This document shows positions 50,609 through 61,201 of a DNA stretch of 64,000 nt, one piece after another; within the stretch, counting starts at the first letter, position 1, and each line of letters opens with the position of its first letter. Where the stretch lies: NCBI GenBank assembly GCA_964291625.2, contig OZ220090.1:736001-800000 (forward strand), given 5' to 3'. Made by a program: the position numbers and the translations under genes. Below the pieces are notes generated by a model. The model was not told the DNA's origin, ran no database searches, and was given only the letters and a program-made list of their open reading frames with translations. This DNA is from Candidatus Latescibacterota bacterium (GTDB lineage: Bacteria > Latescibacterota > UBA2968 > UBA8231).

Positions 50609-51559
50609 TTGAAACGTGAAAAGTTATGGAGCGCCCATCCCCTTGGCAATATCGCCCAAAGATGCGGCCCCGGGGATGCCGTCCTCCGCGGAGGGGCCCT
50701 CGGGGACTTCGTCCTGACCTTGCCCGCCATCGCCGCCCTGCGGGAAACGGGAGACGAGGGGATGCTGATCATCGGCGATCCCGCGCGCGCCTCGCTGGTT
50801 TCACCGACGGGCACCGTCAACGCCGATTCCGCCGCCTGGTCCCGCCTCTACACCGGAGGCCCGCCGGAGCCGTCCCTGCGTCGGCGGTTCGCCGGTTGCC
50901 GGCGCCTGCTCGCCTACGTCCCCGGCGGCGAGGCGTCCGCTCCCGGCCTGGTGGCCTCCCTGCGCCAGTTGGCCGACAGGGTCGTCGTCGCCGATCCCCT
51001 CCCTGTCGAGGGGGAAGGGACCCACATGGCCGCCCACCTGACGCGCCCCCTCGCTGAATTCGGCATCCGGCCGCCCGGCACTCCGCTGCCCCGCGTCGAC
51101 GTGCCCCCCCGGACCCGGCGGCGGGGTCCGGTGGTCGTCCACCCCGGCAGCGGGAGCCCGGAAAAGTGCTGGCCGGTCCCGCGCTTTGAGAGGATCCTCG
51201 AGTGGATCTCCCGCCGAGGCCCTGCCGTCGTGCTGTGGGGACCCGCCGAAGAGGCTCGCCGAGAACAGCTCGGCCCCTTCCTGCCTGCGGATCGCCTCTC
51301 TCCCGCCACCCCAGTCGAGCTGGCAGAGGCCCTGGCCGGCGCCCGTCTGTACATCGGCAACGACTCGGGACCCGGGCATCTCGCGGCGGCGGTGGGTACA
51401 CCCACCATCTCTCTCTTCGGGCCCACCGATGCCTCCATATGGCGTCCCTTGGGGCCCCGGTCCACGGTGATCGAGGCACCGGGGGCGAACATGGAATCCC
51501 TGCCCGTGGAGGAGGTCCTCGGCGCCGTGGAGGCGGAGTTGGCCTTGGACCCGTGCTGA
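50609..51559 (+). CDS. Family 9 glycosyltransferase (heptosyltransferase-like)
   Basis: GALGDFVLTLP, HPGSGSPEKCWP, GNDSGPGHLAAAVG, LFGPTD; start uncertain. Confidence 0.85.
   Translation: MKREKLWSAHPLGNIAQRCGPGDAVLRGGALGDFVLTLPAIAALRETGDEGMLIIGDPARASLVSPTGTVNADSAAWSRLYTGGPPEPSLRRRFAGCRRLLAYVPGGEASAPGLVASLRQLADRVVVADPLPVEGEGTHMAAHLTRPLAEFGIRPPGTPLPRVDVPPRTRRRGPVVVHPGSGSPEKCWPVPRFERILEWISRRGPAVVLWGPAEEARREQLGPFLPADRLSPATPVELAEALAGARLYIGNDSGPGHLAAAVGTPTISLFGPTDASIWRPLGPRSTVIEAPGANMESLPVEEVLGAVEAELALDPC
50621..50649 (-). promoter_or_regulatory. Sigma-70-type promoter for the stand-alone rplC
   Basis: Minus strand TTGCCA-N17-TAACTT about 80 nt upstream of rplC. Confidence 0.68.
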
Positions 51560-52206
51560 GACTCGGACGCCGAAAGGGGGGCGACCGGGAGCTGCGGACC
51601 CGAATGGTGAAGGACCAGTTGCGGCGCCGCGGAATCCGCGATGAAAGAGTCCTCTCCGCCTTCGAGCGCGTGCCCCGCCACGCCTTCGCCGACGGTCTGG
51701 ATCTCGGGCGCTGCTACGGAGACCACCCCCTGCCGATCGGCTGCGGCCAGACCATGTCGCAGCCTTACGTCGTGGCCTACATGCTCGAAACGGCGGGGAT
51801 TCGCCAGGAGGACCGAGTCCTCGAGATCGGGGCCGGCTGCGGCTATCAGACAGCCCTGCTGGCGGAACTCGCTCACGAGGTCATGGCCCTGGAGTACCAC
51901 GACCGGCTGGCGACCCGGGCCCGCCGCCGGCTCCACCGCCTCGGCTACGCCGGAATCGATCTCCGCGTCGGTGACGGACGCCTCGGCTGGCCGGGGGGCG
52001 GGACCTTCGACGCCGTCATCGGCGCGGCGGCGGCGCCCCGCATCCCCGACCCCCTCCTCGATCAGCTGGCACCGGAAGGACGGCTGGTCATGCCCCTGGG
52101 AGCCGGCACCGACCAGCAACTGGTGGTGGTCCGCAGGTGCTCCACCGGCTTCGACCAGCGACGTCTGCTGCCCGTGCGCTTCGTCCCCCTTCTGGGCGAG
52201 GGGTAG
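51553..52206 (+). CDS. pcm: Protein-L-isoaspartate O-methyltransferase
   Basis: VPRHAF, LPIGCGQTMSQPY, VLEIGAGCGYQTA, GDGRLGW, VRFVPL. Confidence 0.93.
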   Translation: MLRLGRRKGGDRELRTRMVKDQLRRRGIRDERVLSAFERVPRHAFADGLDLGRCYGDHPLPIGCGQTMSQPYVVAYMLETAGIRQEDRVLEIGAGCGYQTALLAELAHEVMALEYHDRLATRARRRLHRLGYAGIDLRVGDGRLGWPGGGTFDAVIGAAAAPRIPDPLLDQLAPEGRLVMPLGAGTDQQLVVVRRCSTGFDQRRLLPVRFVPLLGEG

Positions 52207-52210
52207 CTCC

Positions 52211-52723
52211 TCACTCCACGGCTTCGACGATCTCGATCATCACCCGGGCCGTCCCCTGCCTGACCATTTCCAGTTCCAGGGCCGCGGCGAAGGAGAGATC
52301 GAGGACCCGCCCTTCGACGTAGGGCCCGCGGTCGTTCACCTTGACCACCACCCAGCGGCCGTTGTCGAGGTGGGTGACCTTCACCACCGTGCCCAGGGGA
52401 AGCACGCGATGGGCCGCGCTCACCTTGTACATGTTGAAGGTCTCGCCGTTGGCCGTCTTCCTGCCGTGGAACTTCTTGCCATAGTAGGAGGCGATCCCGA
52501 TCTGGTAGGCCTTGTCGGTGGAGATCTTGTCGAGGTCGACGGGATGGGCGGGGGCCTTTGGACGAATGACAGGCGGAGGCTTCTTGTTCCGGCCCCGGTC
52601 GCCAGAGGACTGTGCTTTCCTGGGACTGGCCGGCGCCGGGCCCGGCTGGCTCCGGTAGACGGGGGCCGGCGAGCAACCGTCGAGCAGGATGGCGAGGACG
52701 AGGATGGCGACCAGGCGTGCCAT
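52211..52723 (-). CDS. rlpA: RlpA-family lipoprotein (DPBB lytic transglycosylase, no SPOR domain)
   Basis: Lipobox LDGC; GIASYYG..FHGRKTANGE, AAHRVLP, VNDRGP, LDLS. Confidence 0.9.
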   Translation of the reverse strand: MARLVAILVLAILLDGCSPAPVYRSQPGPAPASPRKAQSSGDRGRNKKPPPVIRPKAPAHPVDLDKISTDKAYQIGIASYYGKKFHGRKTANGETFNMYKVSAAHRVLPLGTVVKVTHLDNGRWVVVKVNDRGPYVEGRVLDLSFAAALELEMVRQGTARVMIEIVEAVE

Positions 52724-52739
52724 GGCGTCTTGGGGGCGC

Positions 52740-53651
52740 TCAGAGCCTGAGCGTGCCCACCAGGCTCTCCACTCGGTCCACATCCTCCTGCCGGCAGTAC
52801 TCCTCGATGCCATCGACGATGCGATCCGCGGCGGCGGGCTCGACGAAGGTGGCGGTCCCGACCTGAACCGCCGTCGCCCCGGCGACGATGAACTCGAGGG
52901 CGTCGGTAGCGTTGGAGATGCCCCCGAGGCCCATGATCGGCAGATCCACGGACTGCCTCACCTTGTGCACCAGCGCCAGGGCCACCGGCTTGATCGCCGG
53001 GCCGGAGAGCCCTCCCGTCACGTTGCCCAGAAAGGGGCGGCGCGATGACAGATCGACGGCCATGCCCAGAAGGGTGTTGATCATCGACAGGCCATCCGCT
53101 CCCGCTTCCGCCACGGCCCGGGCGATGGCGGAGATGTCGGTCACGTTCGGTGTGAGCTTGGCGATCACCGGCCGGCTCGTCGAGGCGCGCACGGAGGCGA
53201 TCACCTCGGCCGAGGCCGTGGGACTGCAGCCGAAGAGCATCCCCCCGTCCTTCATGTTGGGAGAGGAGATGTTGACCTCGATGGCGGCGATCCCCTCCGC
53301 TTCCTCGAGCCTGGCGGCCATCTGCCCGTGAAGCCGGGCCGTGGGCGCGGCAATGTTGACGATGACCCGCGTGTCGAGCCGGGAGAGGAAGGGCCACTTG
53401 ACGGACAGGAAGGCCTCGAGCCCCGGGTTCTGCAAGCCGATGGAATTGAGCATTCCCGCCGGCGTCTCCACGACGCGGGGCGGCGGATTCCCGGACCGGG
53501 GTTCGGGTGTGATCGTCTTGGTGACGATGCCTCCGAGGCGCGCCGGGTCGATGAAGGGGGTGAGCTCATCTCCGTAGCCGCAGGTGCCGGATGCGAGGAC
53601 CACCGGGTTGCGCAACTCCATGCCGGCGAAGGTCGTCTTCAGGTCGACCAT
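52740..53651 (-). CDS. pyrD: Dihydroorotate dehydrogenase, family 1B catalytic subunit
   Basis: LASGTCG, GMLNSIGLQNPG, EVNISSPN, KLTPNVTDI, GGLSGPAIKP. Confidence 0.95.
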   Translation of the reverse strand: MVDLKTTFAGMELRNPVVLASGTCGYGDELTPFIDPARLGGIVTKTITPEPRSGNPPPRVVETPAGMLNSIGLQNPGLEAFLSVKWPFLSRLDTRVIVNIAAPTARLHGQMAARLEEAEGIAAIEVNISSPNMKDGGMLFGCSPTASAEVIASVRASTSRPVIAKLTPNVTDISAIARAVAEAGADGLSMINTLLGMAVDLSSRRPFLGNVTGGLSGPAIKPVALALVHKVRQSVDLPIMGLGGISNATDALEFIVAGATAVQVGTATFVEPAAADRIVDGIEEYCRQEDVDRVESLVGTLRL

Positions 53652-53655
53652 TCCC

Positions 53656-54471
53656 TCACCACTCGACGGTTCGGGCGTCGTACACCGGCCCGTCGACACA
53701 GATCCGACTGTACCGATGATAAGGATCGAGCCCGATTCCGGCTCGCCCCACCACGCAGCCCACGCAGACGCCGAAGCCGCAGGCCATGTACTCCTCCAGG
53801 GAGGCATAGCAGCGGACCTCGTGGTCCGCACAGATGCGGGCCACGGAAGCCATCATGGGATGCGGTCCGCAGGTGTAGACCGTGGGCTTCGGAGCCGCCA
53901 GAGCCTGAACGAGCAGGTCCGTGACCCGCCCGGGGTGGCCCAGCGAGCCATCGTCCGTCGCCCGCAGGAAACATGCCGCCGCGGGGTGGAGCAGCTCTTC
54001 GGGCAGGTGCCGGTCGGCGCTCCGGGCGCCTGCCAGGAGGAGCACATGGCGGCCCTCCGCGGCAAGGCGCCGGCCGAGGAACAGCAGCGGCGGCAGACCG
54101 ATCCCCCCTCCCACGAGGACCGCGGTCCCCTCGCCCTTGGGCATGGGGAATCGATTCCCGAGAGGCCCCAGACAGCCGATCGCCTCCCCCTCGGGTACCA
54201 GCGACAGCACTCTCGTCTTGGGGCCGACCCGGTCGTAGAGGATATCTACCGTCCCTTCCGCCGCGTCGACCCCGGCCACGCTCATGGGAAGTCGGAGGTA
54301 TGGCGAGAGCAGGCCGGCGGGCCGGGGTTGCAGCTGCAGGAACTGCCCCGGATGGGCCTGCAGGGCCGCCCCGGGAACCTCGAGTCGGGACAGGAAGAAC
54401 CCCGCCGCCACCTCGACGGTCTCCCGCAGGCGCGCGGGAGCGTCCACGGGGGGACCCGGCTGCGGCGTCAT
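53656..54471 (-). CDS. pyrK: Dihydroorotate dehydrogenase electron transfer subunit
   Basis: PGQF, GPLGN, VGGGIGLPP, TDDGS, CGP, MACGFGVCVGC, ICVDGPV. Confidence 0.93.
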   Translation of the reverse strand: MTPQPGPPVDAPARLRETVEVAAGFFLSRLEVPGAALQAHPGQFLQLQPRPAGLLSPYLRLPMSVAGVDAAEGTVDILYDRVGPKTRVLSLVPEGEAIGCLGPLGNRFPMPKGEGTAVLVGGGIGLPPLLFLGRRLAAEGRHVLLLAGARSADRHLPEELLHPAAACFLRATDDGSLGHPGRVTDLLVQALAAPKPTVYTCGPHPMMASVARICADHEVRCYASLEEYMACGFGVCVGCVVGRAGIGLDPYHRYSRICVDGPVYDARTVEW

Positions 54472-57400
54472 TCCTCGCCCGGGTCTTCCTGCTCCACCGC
54501 GGGCATCGGTGGAGCCGCGGCCTCCTCGGCAACGTCCTGGCCGGCCGCCATGACCGGCGGCGGTTCCCCCGGGCGGCTCCCTGAGGGCAGAGGCATGTCC
54601 TCGCCCGCATCCGGGACGGGCGGCCCCATGGAGACCTCCACCTCCACCCAGACGCGGACCGGCCTCTCGTCCACCCCTTCGGCGGGGTAGAAGGTGTAGC
54701 CTCCGACGGCGGCGAGAGCCGCCGAGGCGAAGGGCTCCTCTCCCCGATAGAGGGAGACTTCCTCGGCCCTTCCGCTCTCCGACACCAGCACGTCGACGAG
54801 AACGGTGCTCGAATCCGTCTGCCCCGACGGGTACTCGGGCGGGGGGCTGGAGCGCACCATGGGAGGCTCGGCGACACCGAAGTAGCGCAGAGGCATCTCC
54901 AGATGCTGGTCCTCCGGCTCGAGCTCCAGCCGCTCCAACTCGTCGATGTCGAGGGGCTCGGACTCCCCCGGGTCGAGTCCGGGATACTGGAGGAGCAGCT
55001 CGCCGACACCGGCGGACTGCGGATCCCTGCGGACGATGGTGCGGAGATAGCTGTTGGCCGAGTCGGCCTGGCCCCGCTGCACGTGATATGCGAAGAGCCG
55101 GTAATGGGGGAGGATGGACCTGGATCTCTGTTTCAGGGCCCGGCGCATGTAGTCGACGGCGTCCTCCAGATACCCCTGGCGCCAGTTGCCCTCCCCCAGG
55201 CCGACGACGGGCTCGGTGTTGGCGGTCCGCTTCTCGTCGAGACTGAGCTCGAACAACTCCTGGGCGGCGCTGAAATCCCCCCGGCGCACGGCGCGCATGC
55301 CGAAACCCACGTGGTTCTTCGCCCTCGAGACGGAGTCCTCGATCACAGGTTCGACGCCGACCAGAAGGATCTGGTGTCCCGGACCGGAGCCTTCCCTCAG
55401 ACCCCTCAGCTCGCGCTCGAGGCGGTCCACCACTCCGTCCCGTTCGGCCTGTCGCCGGCGTTCGACCAGATCGGCGTGCCTGCTCCCCGGATAGTGGGCA
55501 AGGACCGAGTCGTACCTCGCCGCGGCGCCCGTGGAGTCCCCCTGGAGATTCTCGGCGGCCCAGGCGGCCAGGAAGATCGCCCGCCCGGAAACCCTCGTCC
55601 CCGGATAGGCGCCGGCCAGCTCATCCAGCCTGGGCACCCAGCGCGCCGGCTCATCCGGATAGTCGAGCCGCATCCGCTCGATATCGTCGAAGATCCGGGC
55701 CGCCTGGTCCTCGGCCGAGGCCTGCGCCGCCAGTCCGAGATACCGCCGCGCGGCGCTCGCGTGCTCCGTGGCCGGATGGCCGGCCACCAGGCGCTCGAGG
55801 GCAGGCCGGGCCGCCGCCGTGTCCGCCTTCTGCTCGATATGGGTCCACGCCAGGTTGTAGAGGGCCCTGGGAATCTCGCGGGATCCGGGGAAACGGTCGG
55901 CGATGGCCTCGTAGAGCACCGCCGCCGAATCGGGGAGCCCCAGGCGATCGCGGTAGACTTCGGCGGCCGAGAACAGGTTGTCCATGAGGGTTGGCGGCCG
56001 GTCCGACCCGGGCCTGCGCGCCTGCAGCAGCCGCCGGCGCCTGTCCCGGGCCCTCTCCTCGGCCCCCGGGCCCTCCTCCAGGGGCGGGCGAGCCACGAGC
56101 GGCACCCACACGCCCAGAGAGTCCGCGGCCACCACGTAGCCCTCCAGTCCCAGGGGGTCCTCCGGCTCCTGCGCCTCCGGTGGCGGATCCTGGACGGCGG
56201 TGGTATCGGCGTCCTCCACCCGAGTGGAGTCGCTTGCCGCCGTGGCGGCACCAAGGGGAACCGCCGCGGCGCTATCGGCCCCGGCGCCAGGCCGGGCCGC
56301 CGTGAGCAGGCTGTCCACCGCGGTCCCCGCCCGGGACTCCGCGGCGACGCTGTCCAACTCACCCGCCCCGGTCGAGCGGGTGGAGACCTCGGGAGCGCCG
56401 GCCGCCGCCGGAGTCGAGTCGGCGGGCGTGGCGTCGGCGGCAACCGTCGCTTCCGGCCCCGTCAGGTCGTCCATCGCCTGCCCTCGCCCGGGGACGGGCG
56501 CGGGAAGGACACCGGGTGCCGGAGCTGCCCCCGTGCCGGGCCTCGCTTCCGCCGGGACCGGGGCCGGAGCCTGCGGGGCGGAAGCCATGGCGCCCGCCGT
56601 GTCGGGTTCCGCTTGCAGCGGGTCGAGATCCGAGCCCAGGCGCAGGGCCGCGGCCGTGGAGTCGGCCCGGTAGATCTCGTCGAGGAGGGCGTCCAACCGG
56701 TCCGTCGTCCGGAGCATCACCCCGGCCAGTGAATCCCCCTCGGATCCTCGGCGCTCCTGGCTCACCTCCCGGAAGTGCTTCTGGGCATGCTGGCGGTCGC
56801 CGCGGTCCTGCAGGTAGACCAGGCCGGTCTGGTAGAGCGCCATGGCGGAGACCCCAGTGCCCGGGAAGTCGTTGCGCACACGCTCGAACTCGTCCAGCGC
56901 CTCGGAGGGAGCTCCACTCTCGCGGTGGCAGCGGCCGATCAGGATCCGGGTCTCCCCCTCCCAGGGGCGGAAACGCCCTTCCCGGAGCAGGGATCGGTAG
57001 GCTTCGAGGGCCGCGTCCGATGCGCCCTGATGGTAGAGCACGAGGCCGCCGTTCAGGCGCGCCCGGTACTCCACCGAGTCCGCACGGGCCTCGTCGATGG
57101 CGCGGCCGTAGGCGACGGCGGCGCTGTCGAGATCGTCCGGGCCGCCGAGGGAGAGGTGGGCGTTGCCGATCCGCAGCCACAACCGGTCGGACAGCGGGGT
57201 CCTGGGGAAGGCCCTGAGACTCGTCCGGTAGTCCTGGATGGCGGCCCTCAGGTCCCCCCCGCCCAAGGCCATGTCCCCGAGCTCCATGCCGGCGAGGCCG
57301 CCGATGTCGCTGCCCTCCAGGATCAGGGCGGTGAACAGGGCCCGGGCCTCTCCCATGTCGCCCTGCTCGCGCAGGCACCGCGCCCGCCAGAGCCGGGCAC

Positions 57401-57791
57401 GGTCGACGTATTCGCTGTCGGGGAAGTTCCGCTCGAGATCCTCGAAGGACCTGGCCCCGTAGGCGTAGTCGCGCTGCCAGTAGAGCGCCCGGCCGGCGAG
57501 GAACATGGCGTCATCGACGAGCTCGCTGTCGGGGTACTTCTCCAGCACGATGGAGGCCTTGCGCACGGCCTTTTCGTAAAGGCCCTGGTAGCTGGCGCCG
57601 CGCCCCCCCCGGCCCGCCCGACGGCCCGCCTCGGACCCCGCCCGCTCCTCTTCCACCTCGGCGCGGGCCTTCTCGGCCTGCCGGTAGTACTTCTCCGCGT
57701 TGTAGAAGGTGTTGAAGTAGACGCACGACGCACTCGACGTGAGGACCAGTCCCGCCGCCAGGGCCAGGTGGACCGGCCGCCGGTCAGCCAC
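54468..57791 (-). CDS. Large TPR lipoprotein with Ala/Pro linker and C-terminal TonB_C-like domain
   Basis: Lipobox SASC followed by VYFNTFYNA; BamD/YbgF-like TPRs (KYPDS, FPGS); C-terminal PPPEYP...VLVSESG...YTFYPA. Confidence 0.78.
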   Translation of the reverse strand: MADRRPVHLALAAGLVLTSSASCVYFNTFYNAEKYYRQAEKARAEVEEERAGSEAGRRAGRGGRGASYQGLYEKAVRKASIVLEKYPDSELVDDAMFLAGRALYWQRDYAYGARSFEDLERNFPDSEYVDRARLWRARCLREQGDMGEARALFTALILEGSDIGGLAGMELGDMALGGGDLRAAIQDYRTSLRAFPRTPLSDRLWLRIGNAHLSLGGPDDLDSAAVAYGRAIDEARADSVEYRARLNGGLVLYHQGASDAALEAYRSLLREGRFRPWEGETRILIGRCHRESGAPSEALDEFERVRNDFPGTGVSAMALYQTGLVYLQDRGDRQHAQKHFREVSQERRGSEGDSLAGVMLRTTDRLDALLDEIYRADSTAAALRLGSDLDPLQAEPDTAGAMASAPQAPAPVPAEARPGTGAAPAPGVLPAPVPGRGQAMDDLTGPEATVAADATPADSTPAAAGAPEVSTRSTGAGELDSVAAESRAGTAVDSLLTAARPGAGADSAAAVPLGAATAASDSTRVEDADTTAVQDPPPEAQEPEDPLGLEGYVVAADSLGVWVPLVARPPLEEGPGAEERARDRRRRLLQARRPGSDRPPTLMDNLFSAAEVYRDRLGLPDSAAVLYEAIADRFPGSREIPRALYNLAWTHIEQKADTAAARPALERLVAGHPATEHASAARRYLGLAAQASAEDQAARIFDDIERMRLDYPDEPARWVPRLDELAGAYPGTRVSGRAIFLAAWAAENLQGDSTGAAARYDSVLAHYPGSRHADLVERRRQAERDGVVDRLERELRGLREGSGPGHQILLVGVEPVIEDSVSRAKNHVGFGMRAVRRGDFSAAQELFELSLDEKRTANTEPVVGLGEGNWRQGYLEDAVDYMRRALKQRSRSILPHYRLFAYHVQRGQADSANSYLRTIVRRDPQSAGVGELLLQYPGLDPGESEPLDIDELERLELEPEDQHLEMPLRYFGVAEPPMVRSSPPPEYPSGQTDSSTVLVDVLVSESGRAEEVSLYRGEEPFASAALAAVGGYTFYPAEGVDERPVRVWVEVEVSMGPPVPDAGEDMPLPSGSRPGEPPPVMAAGQDVAEEAAAPPMPAVEQEDPGEE

Positions 57792-60700
57792 CGTGGTAGT
57801 CCTGCAGCGCCCGTACCGATATGGCGGTGCGCAGCAGGGCCTCGATGCCGTCAGCAGCGGCCTCCGCGCCGGCCAGGGTGGTCGTGTACGGCACGCCGTT
57901 CATGATCGCCGCCTGGCGGACGTAGGCGTCGTCGTACTGGCTCTGCTCGTCTTCGGGGGAGTTGATGACCAGGGCGACCTCCCGGCCCCGGATCGCGTCC
58001 TCCACGTGGGGGTGTCCTTCATGGATCTTCAGGATCATCTCCGCCTCGATCCCGTGGCGCTCGAGATGGAGCCGGGTTCCCGTCGTGGCCACGAGCTCGA
58101 AGCCGGCGGCGCTCAGTCGGCGCGCCACGTCGACGATACCCGCCTTGTCGCGGTCGTTGACGCTGATGAAGACCTTCCCACTGGAAGGCAGCATCGATCC
58201 GGCCCCCATCTGGGCCTTGAGGAAAGCCTCGCCGAACTCGGCGCCGATCCCCATGACCTCGCCGGTGGACTTCATCTCAGGACCGAGGATGCCATCGGCT
58301 CCGGGGAACTTGCTGAAGGGCAGGACCGCCTCCTTCACGGAGATGTGAGGGGGCGCCGGAGAGTCGGCAAAGCCCTGCTCGCGCAGGCTGCGGCCCACCA
58401 TGACGCGGGCGGCGATCTTGGCCAGCGGACGGCCCGTGGCCTTGCTCACGAAGGGGACCGTGCGCGAGGCCCGGGGATTGACTTCGAGGACGTGGACGAG
58501 ATCCTGGTGGATGGCGTACTGGACGTTCATCAACCCCTTCACATCGAGGGCCCTGGCCAGGGCCCGCGTATGGTCCTCGAGGGCTCGCAGGTGGTCCGGC
58601 GCGATGTCGTGAGGCGGCAGGACGCAGGCCGAGTCGCCGGAATGGACTCCGGCGTGCTCGATGTGCTGCATGACGCCGCCGATGAGCACGTCGCCGTCGG
58701 CGTCGGCCACGGCGTCGACGTCGAACTCCTGGGCTCCTTCGAGAAAACGATCGATCAGCACCGGATGTTCCGGTGAGGCGGAGATCGCCGAGGTGATGTA
58801 CGACTCCAGGCGGGCCTCGTCGTAGACCGTGACCATGGCCCGCCCTCCGAGGACGTAGGAGGGGCGGACGAGGACGGGGTAGCCGATGCGCTCCGCGATC
58901 TCCCGCGCCTCGGGGAGGGAGCGGGCCATGCCGTTTTCCGGCTGGCGGATCCCCAGTCGGCGCAGCAGGTTGCCGAAGTGCTCGCGGTCCTCGGCCAGGT
59001 CGATGCTGCGGGGAGACGTCCCGATGACGGGGACGCCGTTGGCCTCCAGCTCGAGGGCCAGATTGAGCGGAGTCTGCCCGCCGAACTGGACGATGACGCC
59101 CTCGGGCCGCTCGTGCTCGACGATGTGGAGGACATCCTCGACGGTCAGCGGCTCGAAGTAGAGCTTGTCCGCCGTGTCGTAGTCGGTGCTCACCGTCTCC
59201 GGGTTGGAGTTGACCATGATCGTCTCGAATCCGTCTTCGCGGAGGGCGAAGCAGGCGTGGACGCAGCAGTAGTCGAACTCGATTCCCTGGCCGATCCGGT
59301 TGGGCCCGCCGCCGAGGATCATCACCTTGCGGCGCCCGGACCGGGCCTCCGACTCGTTCTCCCGCTCGTAGGTCGAATAGTGATACGGCGTGTGGGCTTC
59401 GAACTCCGCCGCGCAGGTGTCGACGGCCTTGAACACGGGGCGCACTCCCTGCTCCCGGCGCACCTCCCGGACCTCTGACTCGGTGCGCCCCACCAGGTAA
59501 CCCAGCTGGCGGTCGCTGAAGCCCAGGGCCTTGGCCGCCCGCAGGCGTTCCCCGTCCCCGAGGAGCCCCTCTCGCGCCTGCAGCAGCTCGCCCTCGGCCT
59601 GGAAGATCTCCGCGAGGCGGTCGATGAACCAGGGATCGATGCGGCTGAGGCGGTGGATCTCTTCGGGGGCGAAGCCCTTTTGCAGGGCGGTTCTGAGGTG
59701 GAACATCCTCTGCGAGCTCGGACGGGCCAGATGCCCGCGGATCTCGGCGTCGGGGATTCTCGAGGCATCCTCGTCCTTGCCGTCGGCGCCCCAGCCGCCC
59801 CGGCCGATTTCCAGCGACCGCAGGCCCTTCTGGAAGGACTCGGCAAAGGTGCGGCCCACGGCCATCGTCTCTCCCACCGAGCGCATCTGGGTGTCGAGGG
59901 CATCCGGCGTGGACGGGAACTTCTCGAAGGCCCACCGCGGGATCTTGGTCACCACGTAGTCGATGGTGGGCTCGAAGGAGGCGGGGGTCTCCCGGGTGAT
60001 GTCGTTCGGGATCTCGTCGAGGGTGTAGCCCACGGCCAGCTTGGCGGCGATCTTGGCGATGGGAAAGCCCGTGGCCTTCGATGCCAGGGCGGAACTGCGC
60101 GAGACCCGGGGATTCATCTCGATGACCACCATGCGGCCCGTGTCCGGGTCGACGGCGAACTGGATGTTCGACCCGCCCGTGTCGACGCCGATCTTCCGGA
60201 TGACCCGGATAGCGGCATCGCGCATGGCCTGGTACTCCTTGTCCGACAAGGTCTGCGCCGGAGCGACGGTGATCGAATCACCCGTGTGCACCCCCATGGG
60301 ATCGAGGTTCTCGATGGAGCAGATGATCACGACATTGTCGTTCAGGTCGCGCATCACCTCGAGCTCGAACTCCTTCCAGCCGAGGACGGACTCCTCTATC
60401 AGGACCTCCGTGATCGGGCTCAGATCAAGGCCCCGCCTGACGATGCGCTCGAACTCCTGCGCGTCGTGCGCAATCCCGCCGCCCGATCCGCCCAAGGTGT
60501 AGGAGGGCCGAATGATGGCAGGGTAGCCCAGGCTGTCGACCAGTCCCGCGGCCTCTCCGACGGAGTGGACGAAATGGCCGGCGGGCATCTCCAGCCCCGA
60601 CTCGTCCATCGCCTTCTTGAACAGCTCCCGATCCTCCGCCGTGCGGATCGCCTCGAGCCGGGCCCCGATCAACTCCACGCCGTGCTCTTCGAGCACCCCG

Positions 60701-61014
60701 GACTCGGCCAACTCCACCGCCCGGTTCAACGCCGTCTGCCCGCCCACGGTGGGCAGGAGGGCATCCGGTCTCTCGAGCTCGATGATCTCGGCGCAGGCCT
60801 CGGCCGTGATCGGCTCCACGTAGGTTCGCTGCGCCGTCTCCGGATCGGTCATGATCGTGGCGGGATTGCTGTTGACGAGGACGATCTCGTAGCCCTCCTC
60901 GCGCAGGGCCTTGCAGGCCTGGGTGCCGGAGTAGTCGAACTCACAGGCCTGGCCGATGACGATCGGACCGGAACCGATGAGCATGATCTTGTGCAGGTCG
61001 TCTCGACGAGGCAT
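57784..61014 (-). CDS. carB: Carbamoyl-phosphate synthase large subunit
   Basis: [17 protein letters not shown], duplicated ATP-grasp, [14 protein letters not shown] domain. Confidence 0.99.
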   Translation of the reverse strand: MPRRDDLHKIMLIGSGPIVIGQACEFDYSGTQACKALREEGYEIVLVNSNPATIMTDPETAQRTYVEPITAEACAEIIELERPDALLPTVGGQTALNRAVELAESGVLEEHGVELIGARLEAIRTAEDRELFKKAMDESGLEMPAGHFVHSVGEAAGLVDSLGYPAIIRPSYTLGGSGGGIAHDAQEFERIVRRGLDLSPITEVLIEESVLGWKEFELEVMRDLNDNVVIICSIENLDPMGVHTGDSITVAPAQTLSDKEYQAMRDAAIRVIRKIGVDTGGSNIQFAVDPDTGRMVVIEMNPRVSRSSALASKATGFPIAKIAAKLAVGYTLDEIPNDITRETPASFEPTIDYVVTKIPRWAFEKFPSTPDALDTQMRSVGETMAVGRTFAESFQKGLRSLEIGRGGWGADGKDEDASRIPDAEIRGHLARPSSQRMFHLRTALQKGFAPEEIHRLSRIDPWFIDRLAEIFQAEGELLQAREGLLGDGERLRAAKALGFSDRQLGYLVGRTESEVREVRREQGVRPVFKAVDTCAAEFEAHTPYHYSTYERENESEARSGRRKVMILGGGPNRIGQGIEFDYCCVHACFALREDGFETIMVNSNPETVSTDYDTADKLYFEPLTVEDVLHIVEHERPEGVIVQFGGQTPLNLALELEANGVPVIGTSPRSIDLAEDREHFGNLLRRLGIRQPENGMARSLPEAREIAERIGYPVLVRPSYVLGGRAMVTVYDEARLESYITSAISASPEHPVLIDRFLEGAQEFDVDAVADADGDVLIGGVMQHIEHAGVHSGDSACVLPPHDIAPDHLRALEDHTRALARALDVKGLMNVQYAIHQDLVHVLEVNPRASRTVPFVSKATGRPLAKIAARVMVGRSLREQGFADSPAPPHISVKEAVLPFSKFPGADGILGPEMKSTGEVMGIGAEFGEAFLKAQMGAGSMLPSSGKVFISVNDRDKAGIVDVARRLSAAGFELVATTGTRLHLERHGIEAEMILKIHEGHPHVEDAIRGREVALVINSPEDEQSQYDDAYVRQAAIMNGVPYTTTLAGAEAAADGIEALLRTAISVRALQDYHGG

Positions 61015-61201
61015 GCTCGGGGGTCACCCCATCCGTGGGTGCGCAGGAAAGAGAGGGTCGGTCGGGGAAAGGCCGGCCGGTGCCGGGGCAGGCCAGCTCA
61101 GATACGGCGAGAGCAGGAGCACCGTGGGCAGGCCTGCTCGAAGACTCGACTGCACTGCGAGGGGCCGCAGGACATGAGGAGACCTGCGCACCATCGCCCG
61201 C

